48,346 nucleotides of DNA from Nemertoderma westbladi (taxonomy: Eukaryota > Animalia > Xenacoelomorpha): positions 1 to 48,346 of the forward strand of contig JAUCBJ010009142.1 of NCBI GenBank assembly GCA_032718475.1. The letters run 5' to 3'. Made by a program: the position numbers and the translations under genes. Numbering within the stretch: position 1 is the stretch's first letter; the number at the start of each line of letters is the position of its first letter. The notes beneath the pieces are model-generated. The model saw nothing but the letters and a program-made list of their open reading frames with translations, searched no databases and had not been told where the DNA came from. Shown one piece after another: positions 11,678 through 23,011 of the stretch.

Positions 11678-12990
11678 ACCCCTGGTTCCTCATAAATACT
11701 TCCCGAACCAGCTTCGCTCTGTGATAAACCCATTTTCGCCAGTTCAAATTGGCGTTTTTGTTTCGCCTGATACTGCATTAACCCCCTCAACTGGGTATGC
11801 ATGCATATCATCCGTCATTCTTTTCCCCACCCTCTCTCTCTCTCTCACTCTCCTCTCTAACACTCTGATCGGCTAACTCAGCCTCCCTCGCCTCACGCTC
11901 TCTGCACTTGTTCACTTTTCTCTCAATCCTCTCAGCTTTCCTCCCTTCTCGCTCCTTGCGCTCATTCTCTTCCCTCTCAACCCTCTCTGCCTCCCTCACG
12001 ACCTGCTCTTTGCGCTCGTTCGCCTTTCTCGCCTCCCGCACTTCACGCTCACTCACTTCTTTCTCTTCCCATTCTCTATGTTCACTCTTTTCCCTCTCCT
12101 CACATTCTCTATAGTTTCTTGCCACTTTCTCGGCCCACTTTTTACACTCTCTCGCTAGTTCCTTTTCCCTTTCTAGTAATGCAGTCCCCTCATCCAGCTG
12201 TCTCTAGTTCCTTTTGGTCTAATGCGACCATGTCTAGCTGACACGCCAGATCTATCTCTAACACCCTTCTTGCTTTCGCAGAGGATGTGGCGGACTTTTC
12301 GGTTGCGACAAACTCCCGTTGCCTGTTTGTTCTACTAATTTTGCCGTGCTTGCTAGCATTTCTACTAACCGACGACACTGAATCTTTGGGGTTAACCTCA
12401 GGTTCGGCGTCGTGCAGATCTGCTCATCCCACTAACTTAATTCCCCATGCATCCACTAGATAAGGCCCTACTTACACTACACCAGGCAGTACTACCTCGG
12501 ATCACCACAATTCGAACAGTTCTGTGGCAACCCCCCTCGCCTTCTCACTCGCTAGTTCCCCCTGCCCAAATCGGACTAGGTAGTGGAAATGTTTATTGCA
12601 CTCACTGATTCTCCGGTACAACTTGGGCTGGTCTACCTTTCCTCTGGTTTTAACATCCTTTAGTAGCTTCCTTGTGAGCGATCGCTCATCCCAACATCTT
12701 CCTCCTGAACTTGACCTTCTCTCCTCGTCCAGCGTCATACGATCGGACCCACCGTTGCCGTTCCGGTGGGCCACTCGCTGCCTGTAGCCATTGGTTGGCC
12801 AGCAACTCCAGTACCTGTCTCACCGCTCTGATCTCGCTCCGACTCGCGTCCCTCTTCCCCTTGTACTCGGCCGCCATCCTCTTCGACCACCGAACCCTCT
12901 CTCCTCGGCGAATCTGGCGCGGCGAGCCAGTACCACCTCGTCGCTGCCTCCTGGAACGTTTGATCTCTATCACTTGTAGTCCACGGCAGG
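11678..12990 (-). pseudogene. Diverged paralogous BEL gag 5' fragment
   Basis: KVDQPKLYRRISECNKHFHYLVRFGQGELASEKARGVATELFELW versus KVNQGKLSQRLGESNKHFRYLVRFGQRELASERARGVATELFELW in ORF 7403-8053; followed by a similar E/R-rich tract. Confidence 0.85.
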
Positions 12991-13369
12991 CTTGCTTCTC
13001 TATTTTTTAATTGTTTTTACAGCGAACAATGCGGAATGGGTAGATTAGCATTAGATGGAAATTATTTAGTTTTTTTTGTCAGTACACTGTAAAGTGTTGA
13101 TGGTACTATTGTTGCCTGTTTCACCATTATTCTGCCTTTCATAATAGCTGTATTTTGTTTGACATCCAAAAATATAAAAATACCAAAAAAATACCAAAAA
13201 ATAATGTTTTGGGCTATTGATTTATGTTCTTGACATATTTTGGCTAGTTACATGTGAAAAAAAAAATGTTTTAAAGAAAATAAAAACAAATGTTTGTGGT
13301 AGCTAGTGTTTTCAATGGTATGTACTGTTTTAATAATGTAGCTAGTGTTTTTATAAAATACAACAAAAT

Positions 13370-13700
13370 CTTATTTTTTGATGCCATTTCAGATGCCATT
13401 ACACCAACGCATGTGGTAGAAGTAAAATGTCCAACATCAAAACATGCCATTCAAAAATATTTTCTTACACAATCGAATATTGCAAGCGCTAAATTCATGT
13501 CACAAATCCAACTTCAAATGCATCTTTGCAATAAACAATGGGCCTAGTTTTGCGTCGCAGATCCATCTGTTGAAATAAATGGTGAAGTGAAAATAGTTGA
13601 AGTATCATATGATTCCACATACATGTAAAGTTTACTGAAAAGTAGTCGTAGCTTCTGGAAGGAATATATATTTCCCAAAATTGGGAAAAAAATAGATAAT
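13370..13700 (+). pseudogene. YqaJ/lambda-exonuclease-like PD-(D/E)XK fragment
   Basis: SDAI...VVEVKCP, QIQLQMHL, then after a stop FCVADP...FWKEYIFPK. Confidence 0.65.
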
Positions 13701-14173
13701 TAAAAAATGTAAATTATACAGTAGTTATAGTTCAACTAAATTCTGATTAATGCTGATTGTATTGAGATGGCAGATATTTTTTCTACGCCTTCAATTACAG
13801 CTACATGGACTTACTATCAATGCTATTTGGAATTCAATAATTTAACTTGTATAAAAATAATTGCAATCGAAAAAGTGCGAATCCACAATCTAATCCAAAG
13901 TAATCTAAGTTTTGAAACTTAATAAAACATCAATAATCTACCGGGTACTGGATTTCTACCACCTGGCAATTTTAGCTACAAAATATGTTTATTTTTATAG
14001 CTAACAACTGTATAGTTTGGGATAAATAATTATTATTCTGGAATAATTAACTTGTTATGAATCAATTGCAAAAATCTGGCATCAAAAATGATGAATGAAT
14101 GAATGGCAATCAAAAATCGGACTGAGCGTGGAGGGCACAAAATCAGAATGGTCACACGTCTTAGGCCACGGTT

Positions 14174-14878
14174 TTGACAGATGGAGCCATTCCTAGTTTC
14201 ACAAATGTTAAGGGCACACTTGTGAGCTCAAACAACTGCACATCATTATTGGGAATTAAGGTTAATCTCAATATACAGGATAATCTGCGGGAGTGTATAA
14301 AAGTAATTACAATAGTCTCTGAGACCTTCAACAGGAAAGGTTGGACGATTAAGTGGTTGAATGTGGAAACACTAGCAATTTTGAGGACAATGATTGCCAT
14401 CCCATATATAATCTACAAGCTTAGATTCGTGTTCGGAGGTCTAACCTCGACCGAGACTCTGGAACTTGATGCTCTTTATCGAAAAACATTGAGGGGGCTC
14501 CTACATGTTGGATCATATGTGTCTAACAGTATGGTTTATGGGCTGCTCAACACTACTCCTATCTCGTCAGCACTATACAGTGATTGTATCGGGTGTATTC
14601 CCAGGGTAGCAACATGTCCTATTAAACCTTTATGCCTTATCTTTAACATGCTTGTGTTAAGGAACGATCCCAGATATACTATCAGTGGGAGTTCATCACT
14701 TATAAGAACTTATAACAAGTGCACATCCACCTTTCCACTTCCAAATATTAGGTCTTTAACAATTTCGAAGTTCCACCTCCGTAGCCTTAAAAATCGAGTA
14801 CTGCCTGGCGCTCTAGCCATATCTGATAGAATTAACATAAACGTCGGAATTGCTTTGCCAGTATCATATCCCTTGTAG
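14174..14878 (+). pseudogene. Probable non-LTR retrotransposon RT C-terminal fragment
   Basis: LLGI..., ILRTMIAIPYIIYKL, LDALYRKTLRGLLHVGSYVSNSMVYGLL resembles the post-YADD region of LINE ORF2; no catalytic motif seen. Confidence 0.5.
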
Positions 14879-15196
14879 CAAAACGGAAAATAATCTTACA
14901 GTATTCAACCAGTAGGGATACCTATTATTTATGGAGCGATTTAAATTTTTCTGATTTGTATTCGTTTGGAGCGATTCACTTTGTATTTTATTTATGTTAT
15001 TTATGTTTCCTGTTTTTAATAATACCGGCATAGTCCGGGTAATATACAATAATAATAATTTTTGTAATCAACTGTGCTAACAATTACACATTCTGTAACT
15101 TACAGTGTTTGCTTATGTCCTATGATTTACATGAAATTAAATATAAATATTATATATTATATATATATTATATTATATATATTATTTCTTTAACAG

Positions 15197-16513
15197 GGTC
15201 AACAAATACAAGAACAGGGTGCAGCGTTGGAAGAACACGAACAGTTTACAGAGTTGAAAGAACAGAATACAGAGTTGAAAGAACAGAATACAGAGTTGAA
15301 AGAACAGAATACAGAGTTGAAAGAACAGAATACAGAGTTGAAAGAACAGAATACAGAATGGAAAGACCAGTTTACAGAGTTGAAAGAACAGTTTACAGAG
15401 TTGAAAGAACAGTTTACAGAGTTGAAAGAACAGAATACAGAGTTGAAAGAACAGAATACAGAGTTGAAAGAACAGTTTACAGAGTTGAAAGACCAGTTCA
15501 CAGAGTTGAAAGAACAGTTTACAGAGTTGAAAGAACAGAATACAGAGTTGAAAGAACAGAATACAGAGTTGAAAGAACAGTTTACAGAGTTGAAAGAACA
15601 GAATACAGAGTTGAAAGAACAGTGTACAGATTTGAAAGAACAGAATACAGAGTTGAAAGAACAGTTTACAGAGTTGAAAGAACAGAATACAGAGTTGAAA
15701 GAACAGAATACAGAGTTGAAAGAACAGTGTACAGATTTGAAAGAACAGAATACAGAGTTGAAAGAACAGTTTACAGAGTTGAAAGAACAGAATACAGAGT
15801 TGAAAGAACAGTGTACAGATTTGAAAGAACAGAATACAGAGTTGAAAGAACAGTTTACAGAGTTGAAAGAACAGAATACAGAGTTGAAAGAACAGAATAC
15901 AGAGTTGACAGAACAGTTTACAGAGTTAGTTTACGGGTTACATAATACAGAGATAGTGAATTCATCCATTTCACTGTATCAGCTAATGGCTCCTCGGCTA
16001 ATAAAGCATAAAGATGGGGTAAAGATTCAACAAAGAGTTGATGGATCTGTTGACTTCTATCGAAACTGGGATGAATATGTTGAAGGATTTGGCGACCCGA
16101 ATGACAATTTTTTGGTGGGGTTGGAGACGATCCACCGGCTGAGTAAAGGCGGGGTTAAGTTGAGAGTCGATTTGTGGTTCAACAACGACCACAAATACGC
16201 GGAATACAACAACTTCTCTATCGGTTCAGCTGCAACTAATTACACTCTAAATATATCCGGTTACCATGGTACTGCTGGTGACGCATTGGAGTCTTCAAAT
16301 GGGTCTCCATTCACCACCAAGGACCGCGATAATGATGGCGGGGGCTACGGCAACTACGCCGTACGATATACTGGAGCGTGGTGGTACATGCGCGGCGCAG
16401 CGTACAGTAACTTGAACGGAGAATATGGTGGGTGGTATCTGAAAGGACCTTATTGGAATCATTTTACTGGATGGAGTCCGGCTTCCCGAGTTGAAATGAA
16501 GATTTGGATTTAG
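15197..16513 (+). CDS. Terminal exon of a fibrinogen-related domain (FReD) protein with coiled-coil stalk
   Basis: Acceptor TTTCTTTAACAG at 15196 is in frame (phase 0). IQQRVDGSVDFYRNWDEYVEGFGD, GLETIHRL, LRVDL, YAEYNNFSIG, FTTKDRDND, GAWWY, SNLNG, EMKI; stop at 16513; AATAAA downstream. Upstream exons not identified. Confidence 0.9.
   Translation, partial: GQQIQEQGAALEEHEQFTELKEQNTELKEQNTELKEQNTELKEQNTELKEQNTEWKDQFTELKEQFTELKEQFTELKEQNTELKEQNTELKEQFTELKDQFTELKEQFTELKEQNTELKEQNTELKEQFTELKEQNTELKEQCTDLKEQNTELKEQFTELKEQNTELKEQNTELKEQCTDLKEQNTELKEQFTELKEQNTELKEQCTDLKEQNTELKEQFTELKEQNTELKEQNTELTEQFTELVYGLHNTEIVNSSISLYQLMAPRLIKHKDGVKIQQRVDGSVDFYRNWDEYVEGFGDPNDNFLVGLETIHRLSKGGVKLRVDLWFNNDHKYAEYNNFSIGSAATNYTLNISGYHGTAGDALESSNGSPFTTKDRDNDGGGYGNYAVRYTGAWWYMRGAAYSNLNGEYGGWYLKGPYWNHFTGWSPASRVEMKIWI
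15240..15928 (+). repeat. Coding 21-bp tandem repeat, ~33 copies (heptads)
   Basis: ACAGAGTTGAAAGAACAG(AAT/TTT/TGT), encoding (N/F/C)T(E/D)LKEQ. Confidence 0.97.
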
Positions 16514-16569
16514 TAAAACTGTAAGATTTATATAAAATCACTAAATAATTTCAATATTGGCGTTGGAAA

Positions 16570-16760
16570 CTAACTTTTACAATTAATTATAAAATATATA
16601 AATAATATTAATATAATATAAAAAATAATAATAAATAATAATAAAAATATTAAAATATAATATAATATAAATATAATAAATAATAAAAAAATAGTAATAA
16701 ATGATAAATAATAAAAATTAATAAAAAAATTAATATAATAATAAATATTAAATAAAATGT
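16570..16760. repeat. AT-rich low-complexity tract
   Basis: Almost entirely A/T with AAT/ATA motifs. Confidence 0.8.
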
Positions 16761-17759
16761 ACACCATGTCCCGTAATATAGTGTCATTGTTAAAGCTTTT
16801 GCGGACAAAATGTCCCCTTTTTACACAATGCGCTGGTTACTCTAAACCTTAAAAACCCGTAAGAACTTTTATATTTTATGAACTGACATAAACTCACTCC
16901 CTCCAGCTTTTATTCTAAGTTTTATCTAAGAACTTTATCGTTTAATTCAATTCATTAAGTTGTGGTAACCAGAATAAGTGACACAAAATACATAATAATC
17001 AATAATGGTTTTTTACATTAGAGATAATATTTACTATAGTATTTTTGTATTCCTGTATAGAAAGACAATTCGACGGATTGGATAGTAATAGCTTATGAGA
17101 AATAGTAAGCTTATTCAAACCGTTTAGGGTAGGGAAAAAACCTCAAAGTATAATATTGTGAAAATAATCTGAAAATATAGCGTAACAGATGTCGTCCGCG
17201 CTGGTCTCAACACCCAAAGGCCCCGCCCCCCGAATCCAGTCATCGACACTGCAGCTGTCCACACGTCGCCAAGTCGCCGCGTCAAACGCCTATGTTCGCT
17301 GCAAGTCTGCATTTTGTGACGAGAAAAAGTGATTTTTAAGGGTTCTTTCTAATAAATCTGTTGCAATTTTTTATTTGAGAAAAACTAATTAACATTATTG
17401 TTCCAGAGAATCGCTCCACGATAAGATATTGCAGTAGACCCCGCGCAACCCCAGACTATCAGACCGCAATTTATGTAAGAGTGAACTAGAGAAAAGTAAA
17501 GCATTTTCAGGATTTTGAGCGGAAAAAACGTCTAAGCCGATAAAATATACCTGAAATTTTTGAAATTTTTTTATTAATGTAGTTAATGTGGGCCCGCCAT
17601 GTAAGATTTTGGTCTACCATTAATCCTAAATATTTTGTAAATTATTTTTGTTTGAGTGTAGTGTTGTTAATTGTTAGAAATTATTAAATTATTAATTTTA
17701 TTATTAATTAATATTAATTATTAAATTATTAGAAAATATCATAATTTCTGTTTTTTTTT

Positions 17760-17988
17760 AAGTTGAGCGACAATCGGTTAGCAGTTAACCATTCGTGAAT
17801 ATTTCTAAGGCCTGAATTTGTACCCTCAAACCTTCAATGATACCAGCGGTTTGGTGACTTGAATCGTCATCATCAAAGAGTACTGTACTGTAAATAAGTT
17901 CGAGGCATCAGATATGTCATTAATGTAAAGTAAGAAACAAAGAGGACCTAGTATTGAACCCTGGACTATTCCGTATTTTATTAGTTGT
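17760..17988 (-). mobile_element. CR1/L2-type LINE RT, segment 3' of the LTR-element insertion
   Basis: YGIVQGSILGPLCFLLYINDI followed by a decayed catalytic motif (LFDDD). Confidence 0.85.
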
Positions 17989-19152
17989 TGTTCGCGCTTT
18001 TAGACCTTTAGCAGTTTAACCTGCCAATTTTAGTTGTCTTTTTGTTTATAAATCGACTTTAGCCTACAACAATTATTTAGTGTACTGAAGTTACATCCGC
18101 CGAAGCCAGTCTGTGCGCGATCATTCACCCACAGTTAAGGGAGACTGGATTCGGATGCTTTGATAGTGATTGCGGTGTAGACCTACTGTATTATTCGATT
18201 GATCGTTACTATATAATCTCTGGCAATATTTATTTTCGGGGAAATATTAACAGTTCCTTTAGGACGTGGCGCTTTAAGTATAAAAACAGAGTTATGACTT
18301 ATACTAATCACAACTAGATGGCTAATGAGTTTCGTAAAAAGCGCATTCTTTAGGAGATGCTTTATTAACCTTCACACTACTTCACACGACTTCACACTAC
18401 TTCACACTACTTCGCACAGATCTGCCGACCGTCACTGAATTTGATCATATATAAGGAGGATCGCAACTGACACATGTAGGGATTATGAAATAGCATTTAA
18501 TTCACACAAAAACCACTATAATGTAAGTCGCAGTTGCTACCGGTAACCTGTTCCTCTCACCTTCACTAATCAAGAAGATTGGGGGTTTTATGATTATTCA
18601 TCGGTATTCTCCAAATATATCAGCAATATACAATTAACATAACACCAATTAATAACAGAAGCAAATAATGCGGTGAACAGTCAGTATGTGTTACTTATGC
18701 AGTGTTCCATGTGCAGCAATGTTGAATGTGTAGAATGATAAGCAATATTTCAGATATGAAGTATGATTCAGCATTGTTTCAGTTAATAGTTTTATGTTCT
18801 TGTAATCAAAGCCATCAGATGCTCTAGGCCAAAGTCTGAAACTTCTACAACAGAAGTACAGAAGAATTCCAAGCCGGTTCTTTCTGGCTCAGAAAGATAA
18901 ACAAAGACCGTAATGCATTGCGTGGGTTTCTGTAGGCCCTTGTCCAACAAAATGAAAATCGCTCTGATTGGCTGAGCAGAACAAAGAGGTTCCACGTTTA
19001 CAGTAAATCAGCTGACAGATTTCGTCATCTGAGCTCCAGTCTTTTAGAGTATTATGCGCATTGCGGCAAAAGTGATTTGTTATGTCCGCTAAAGCACTTA
19101 CACTGCGCATGGCGGGGAAAAATGACTTGTTATGTCCGCAAAAGCTTTTACA
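17989..19152 (-). repeat. 3' LTR of element 2 (1164 bp)
   Basis: About 35-40 differences from the partner LTR by eye (~97% identity); internal (CTTCACACTA)n and a ~49-bp duplication; short purine-rich AGGAGCGG adjacent on the minus strand. Confidence 0.95.
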
Positions 19153-19230
19153 CCGCTCCTAAAAAATGGGATTTGAGTCTTTAAAATATAAAAAATCACA
19201 GTTTCTAAAATATAAAAATACTCTAAACTA

Positions 19231-21268
19231 CTAGTCCTTCTTATGTGAACGGCGTTTACGAAGTTTTTTGAGGATAGCAAGAGTCCTTTTCTCTTTGGGG
19301 CGAGTCACTTTACTAGGAGGGCTATAACTCCTGGGTGAGGGGTGCAATACGATTGCATCGGAAGGTTTAGGGTTGCGGTCGGTGTATCCGCCGGTCGAGG
19401 TACCCGGTTGATCGATATCAACCTCAGTGGAACGAGGTCGAACAACTTTTAGAGCGCGTTTCAGGACAGCAGCTCTTACTGGTCCCTGACGAGTCGTTTG
19501 CACGGGAGCGGTAGGTGGACCGTGAGTAGTGAGGAATTTCCTCGGTTTGATGGTTCTTTCTAACTCGCGTTCTCAGGCTCTATATTCATAGGGTCGTCTA
19601 TGAACTTCCTGTAGCTCTGGATGCGAGTTTATGAACATGTCACCATGGGATTTATCAATGGTAGAAACTTGAAACTGTATGTAGGATCTTCCGGTTTCAC
19701 CATATAATATTGAGTTAAATTGACATAATAAGGATGGTCTTTGATCCCATAAAATGAGTTTGGCAAAAGTCTAGCGCGTAGGTTGACCTCGTGTACCATA
19801 CTACGGACAAGATTTGCTCGATTGTCCGGAGGTTCAATGAGTATACCGTCGACACGAGCGGCCTCAATTGGCGGACGTTGTAACATAGGAGCGTCAGCAA
19901 TAAGATCTCGAGATCTTAGGTTGATATCAACCGGTTGGGGTTGTACCGTGGCGAAGAGTTTGTCTCCGAAATGGGGAACCATTGAATGATGAATAATGGT
20001 TTTGGAATAGAGATCAGTCATAAGGATTTGAGCTTCCGGCTGGGCTAAGGCTGCTTCTTTTCTCTCGTCCATTTCGATATGCTTCTCCTCGAGCTGATTT
20101 TCCGCCGCTTGTCGTTGAAAGCGTTCGTCCAAAAACTCTTGCAGAGAATAGGTTCGTCCAAGTTCGATGTCTTCCTCAAGGTTCTGGATTTCTCAATCGA
20201 ACTGGCATAAAGCCAATTCTTTTACCACTTGGACTTGCTGCTGCAATTTATGTTTATCCAAACAATCGTAAGCTCCCTTTCCAATCTTCTGCCAAATGCG
20301 TCCAATGCGTTTCGTACAACGCTCTCCTCCGCCTTGGTGACGGGTTGTATCGGGTTAAACCGGGACAATTATATGGGTTGAACGGCGATATTAGATATCC
20401 GCGTCCCAATCCGGCTAGGTAAGATGGGCAAATATCTAGGGAGCCCACAACCGGAGTGCCACTGACTAATTGTTCGGGAAACACTAGATCTTTGAACAAT
20501 GAATGCAGTTCAGGAGGATCCGTCATACCATTAGGATCAAAATTCTGAGGTCTCACCAGGGAATGGGGATGTCCGACCGAGTATTCCGGAACTCTGATCA
20601 TCGGTTTATTTAAGGATCGTTTGAGTCGAGCGAGCATAGGTGATATTTCGAACAAGTTTCACTCGAAACTCCCGTAAATATAGCGAGTAAAACCGTGCTT
20701 AGCGCAACATCTCCGTGGGTGTTTATGTCTTTCCGTGTGTTGGGTGGATCTAGGGCATTCATCGCAACAACACCAAAGATGCACGTCTTGTAGGGGAAAC
20801 GCGGGTGATCCTTCTCCAGTTTTACAATGTTTCTCTCCAGAATTCCAAATATCCGTTGAAGTCACTGCGTTTATCCGGTTCTTTAACGTTTTCTCTTTCG
20901 AGTCAATTTCGAATATAATTTTTCATGTTTGATTTCAGTTTTTTGTTACGACTCCGCTGGGTATGATATTTAAATAGGATCATTTCCCTTTTGGTGTCTA
21001 CATCGTCCGTATCGTGTAAATCGATAGGATGGCCAGTAGTTAAGAAGTCCATATACGTACCATTACGATTCGTATAGCGAGTGGTGAATTTTCTATAGTC
21101 CAAATCACGCGTGAGCTGTTCCTTTGACATTGGCGGTTCGATATAACGGCCATCGTCCTCCGTAGCGGGTTGACTAGCGTCGCCGCATATTTAACTATCA
21201 ACAAACGCTTGCAATGGTAGGGTATATCACTCCCTGATACCAAGATCATCTTCTATCAACTCAGTCAT
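19231..21268 (-). pseudogene. Unknown accessory ORF remnant(s) in element 2
   Basis: Chain of same-strand ORF pieces (20903-21130, 20659-20865, 20254-20655, 19629-20132, 19231-19503) in GC-richer, coding-like DNA; no family recognised. Confidence 0.45.
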
Positions 21269-23011
21269 AGCTGCTATATGAGTTTATCGATATTATAATT
21301 AATTATAATTAGGCTAGCGGTCGTCGCTGCCTCCCCCTCAATGCCCCCGGACAGCGCATCCTCAGCGCTAATTTACTGTCGCCACCGTGTCTCTCGCCAA
21401 CATAGTAGCTACACAACAACGACAACAACCAGCGCGAGTCACTCCACTGTCCGTCACAAGGGCTTAGATTTACTGGAGGTTCTTGCTACAGAGGCAGGGT
21501 AACTTTCACAACTGCGACTCGCTACTGTAAACACACTTTAGTAGTAACATTCACCTATAAATACACAAATTCCACACACTTGTCACAAATTGTACACATT
21601 CGGGCCATTTGTCCGTTAGTCAAGTGCCTTCCAGAATGCCACGTTATTATTATGTATCCCTGGATACTAGCAGTATGCTATTTATTCCATATGCTATTCA
21701 ATGGGGCAAGCTTTCTATTGTTCTTTTAACTCGCTTCTAATTCTAGCGTGGTTGTTGCTAAGGTGACATTATGGAAAGCTAGCAGTAGAATTAGGGTAAT
21801 TCTCATGCATACAGATCTGGGATGCCATTTAATAGTAATTTTTTAATTGTCAATATTCCCCTTTATACATGATTTTATGAATTTTATCGGCTATTGACTA
21901 TACATTGGAGATTCTCTCACACTAATATACTTAATAGGGTGAATCTCCGCTCCCATTATCTATTATTTAATGGAATTTTGGGAATGTTATAAATTGTATA
22001 AAATGACAATTTATCAAATTCATGAGAGGATATGAATTTAAAATTATTCCCGTAAATTTTATTATTTGACACTAAAATAGACACAATTTTATTCTAGAGC
22101 ATATCTGGGGACTAGGATCCTTAATTCTAGGAAATTTGTCTTTTTAAGAGTATCGGTAAGTGCTACGATATCTTAATCGACTAGAATTTTAAAGGATCTG
22201 AATTTTAACAGATTTTGGATTTCTAGATTTTCTTGGTTTACAAACTCCTTAGAGTTTATTTGTGTGCATTTACTCTATTATAGCATTTGTTTTAATAGAT
22301 TTTTGTAAATATTAAATAGTTAATATTTAAGATGGGCACCAAATTATTCCAGAACTTGTCTGGGGACGTTAACCACTGATTCTAGAATTTTGTCTTTCAA
22401 GTATATCGGTGGGTGCCGCGATATCTTAATTGACTAGAATTACAGATGGTCAAAGGGTTTAACAGATTTTGTTTGCGTTTCACGCTACTGTTAAAGGGAC
22501 ATCACACGACTATATGTATTATTTAATATACGGTATGAGAGCAATATTGCAAGAAGCAATGTCAGTGAGACGAGGCAAGTCGTTTCCAAGGTCTACCCAG
22601 AGCTTGGTTTAGCCGAGACACAAGGATCTGAACTTTGCATTCCTAATACTCTACTTACCAATAATACTTGAGTATAGTAGGAGCTTTATTGTACTTTAAT
22701 AAGTACGGACATTTCATCTTACTGTAGTCACGTATTTATAATATGATACGGACAGTAAGGAAAGAGAAAATGAATTGTTTCTCGCCGTTAAACTAAATAT
22801 ATAATGTTAAGTAATTAAGTAACAAACACAAATATATATTGCACTAATCTACTAAATAATCGCTAAAAGAATATTTCACTAAATAAAATTAAAGAAAACG
22901 ATTATAATAATGAAATTACGTAATAATACATACATAAATATAAAAATAATAAAAATATATAAAATAATGTAGTCACACACCTACTCCAGATGCTGTTACG
23001 TTATGGAGTCC

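Noticed and set aside
15109-15945. Alternative-frame (VERTEYR)n and antisense (CSFNSVF)n ORFs
   Set aside because: By-products of a stop-free 21-bp repeat; only the ELKEQ frame joins the splice acceptor and the fibrinogen domain.
17185-17310. GC-rich patch as an ncRNA or MITE
   Set aside because: No tRNA fold, terminal repeats or TSD could be supported by eye.
18792-18995. 67-aa ORF present in both LTRs (also 30302-30505)
   Set aside because: Non-ATG start, short, and explained by LTR identity.
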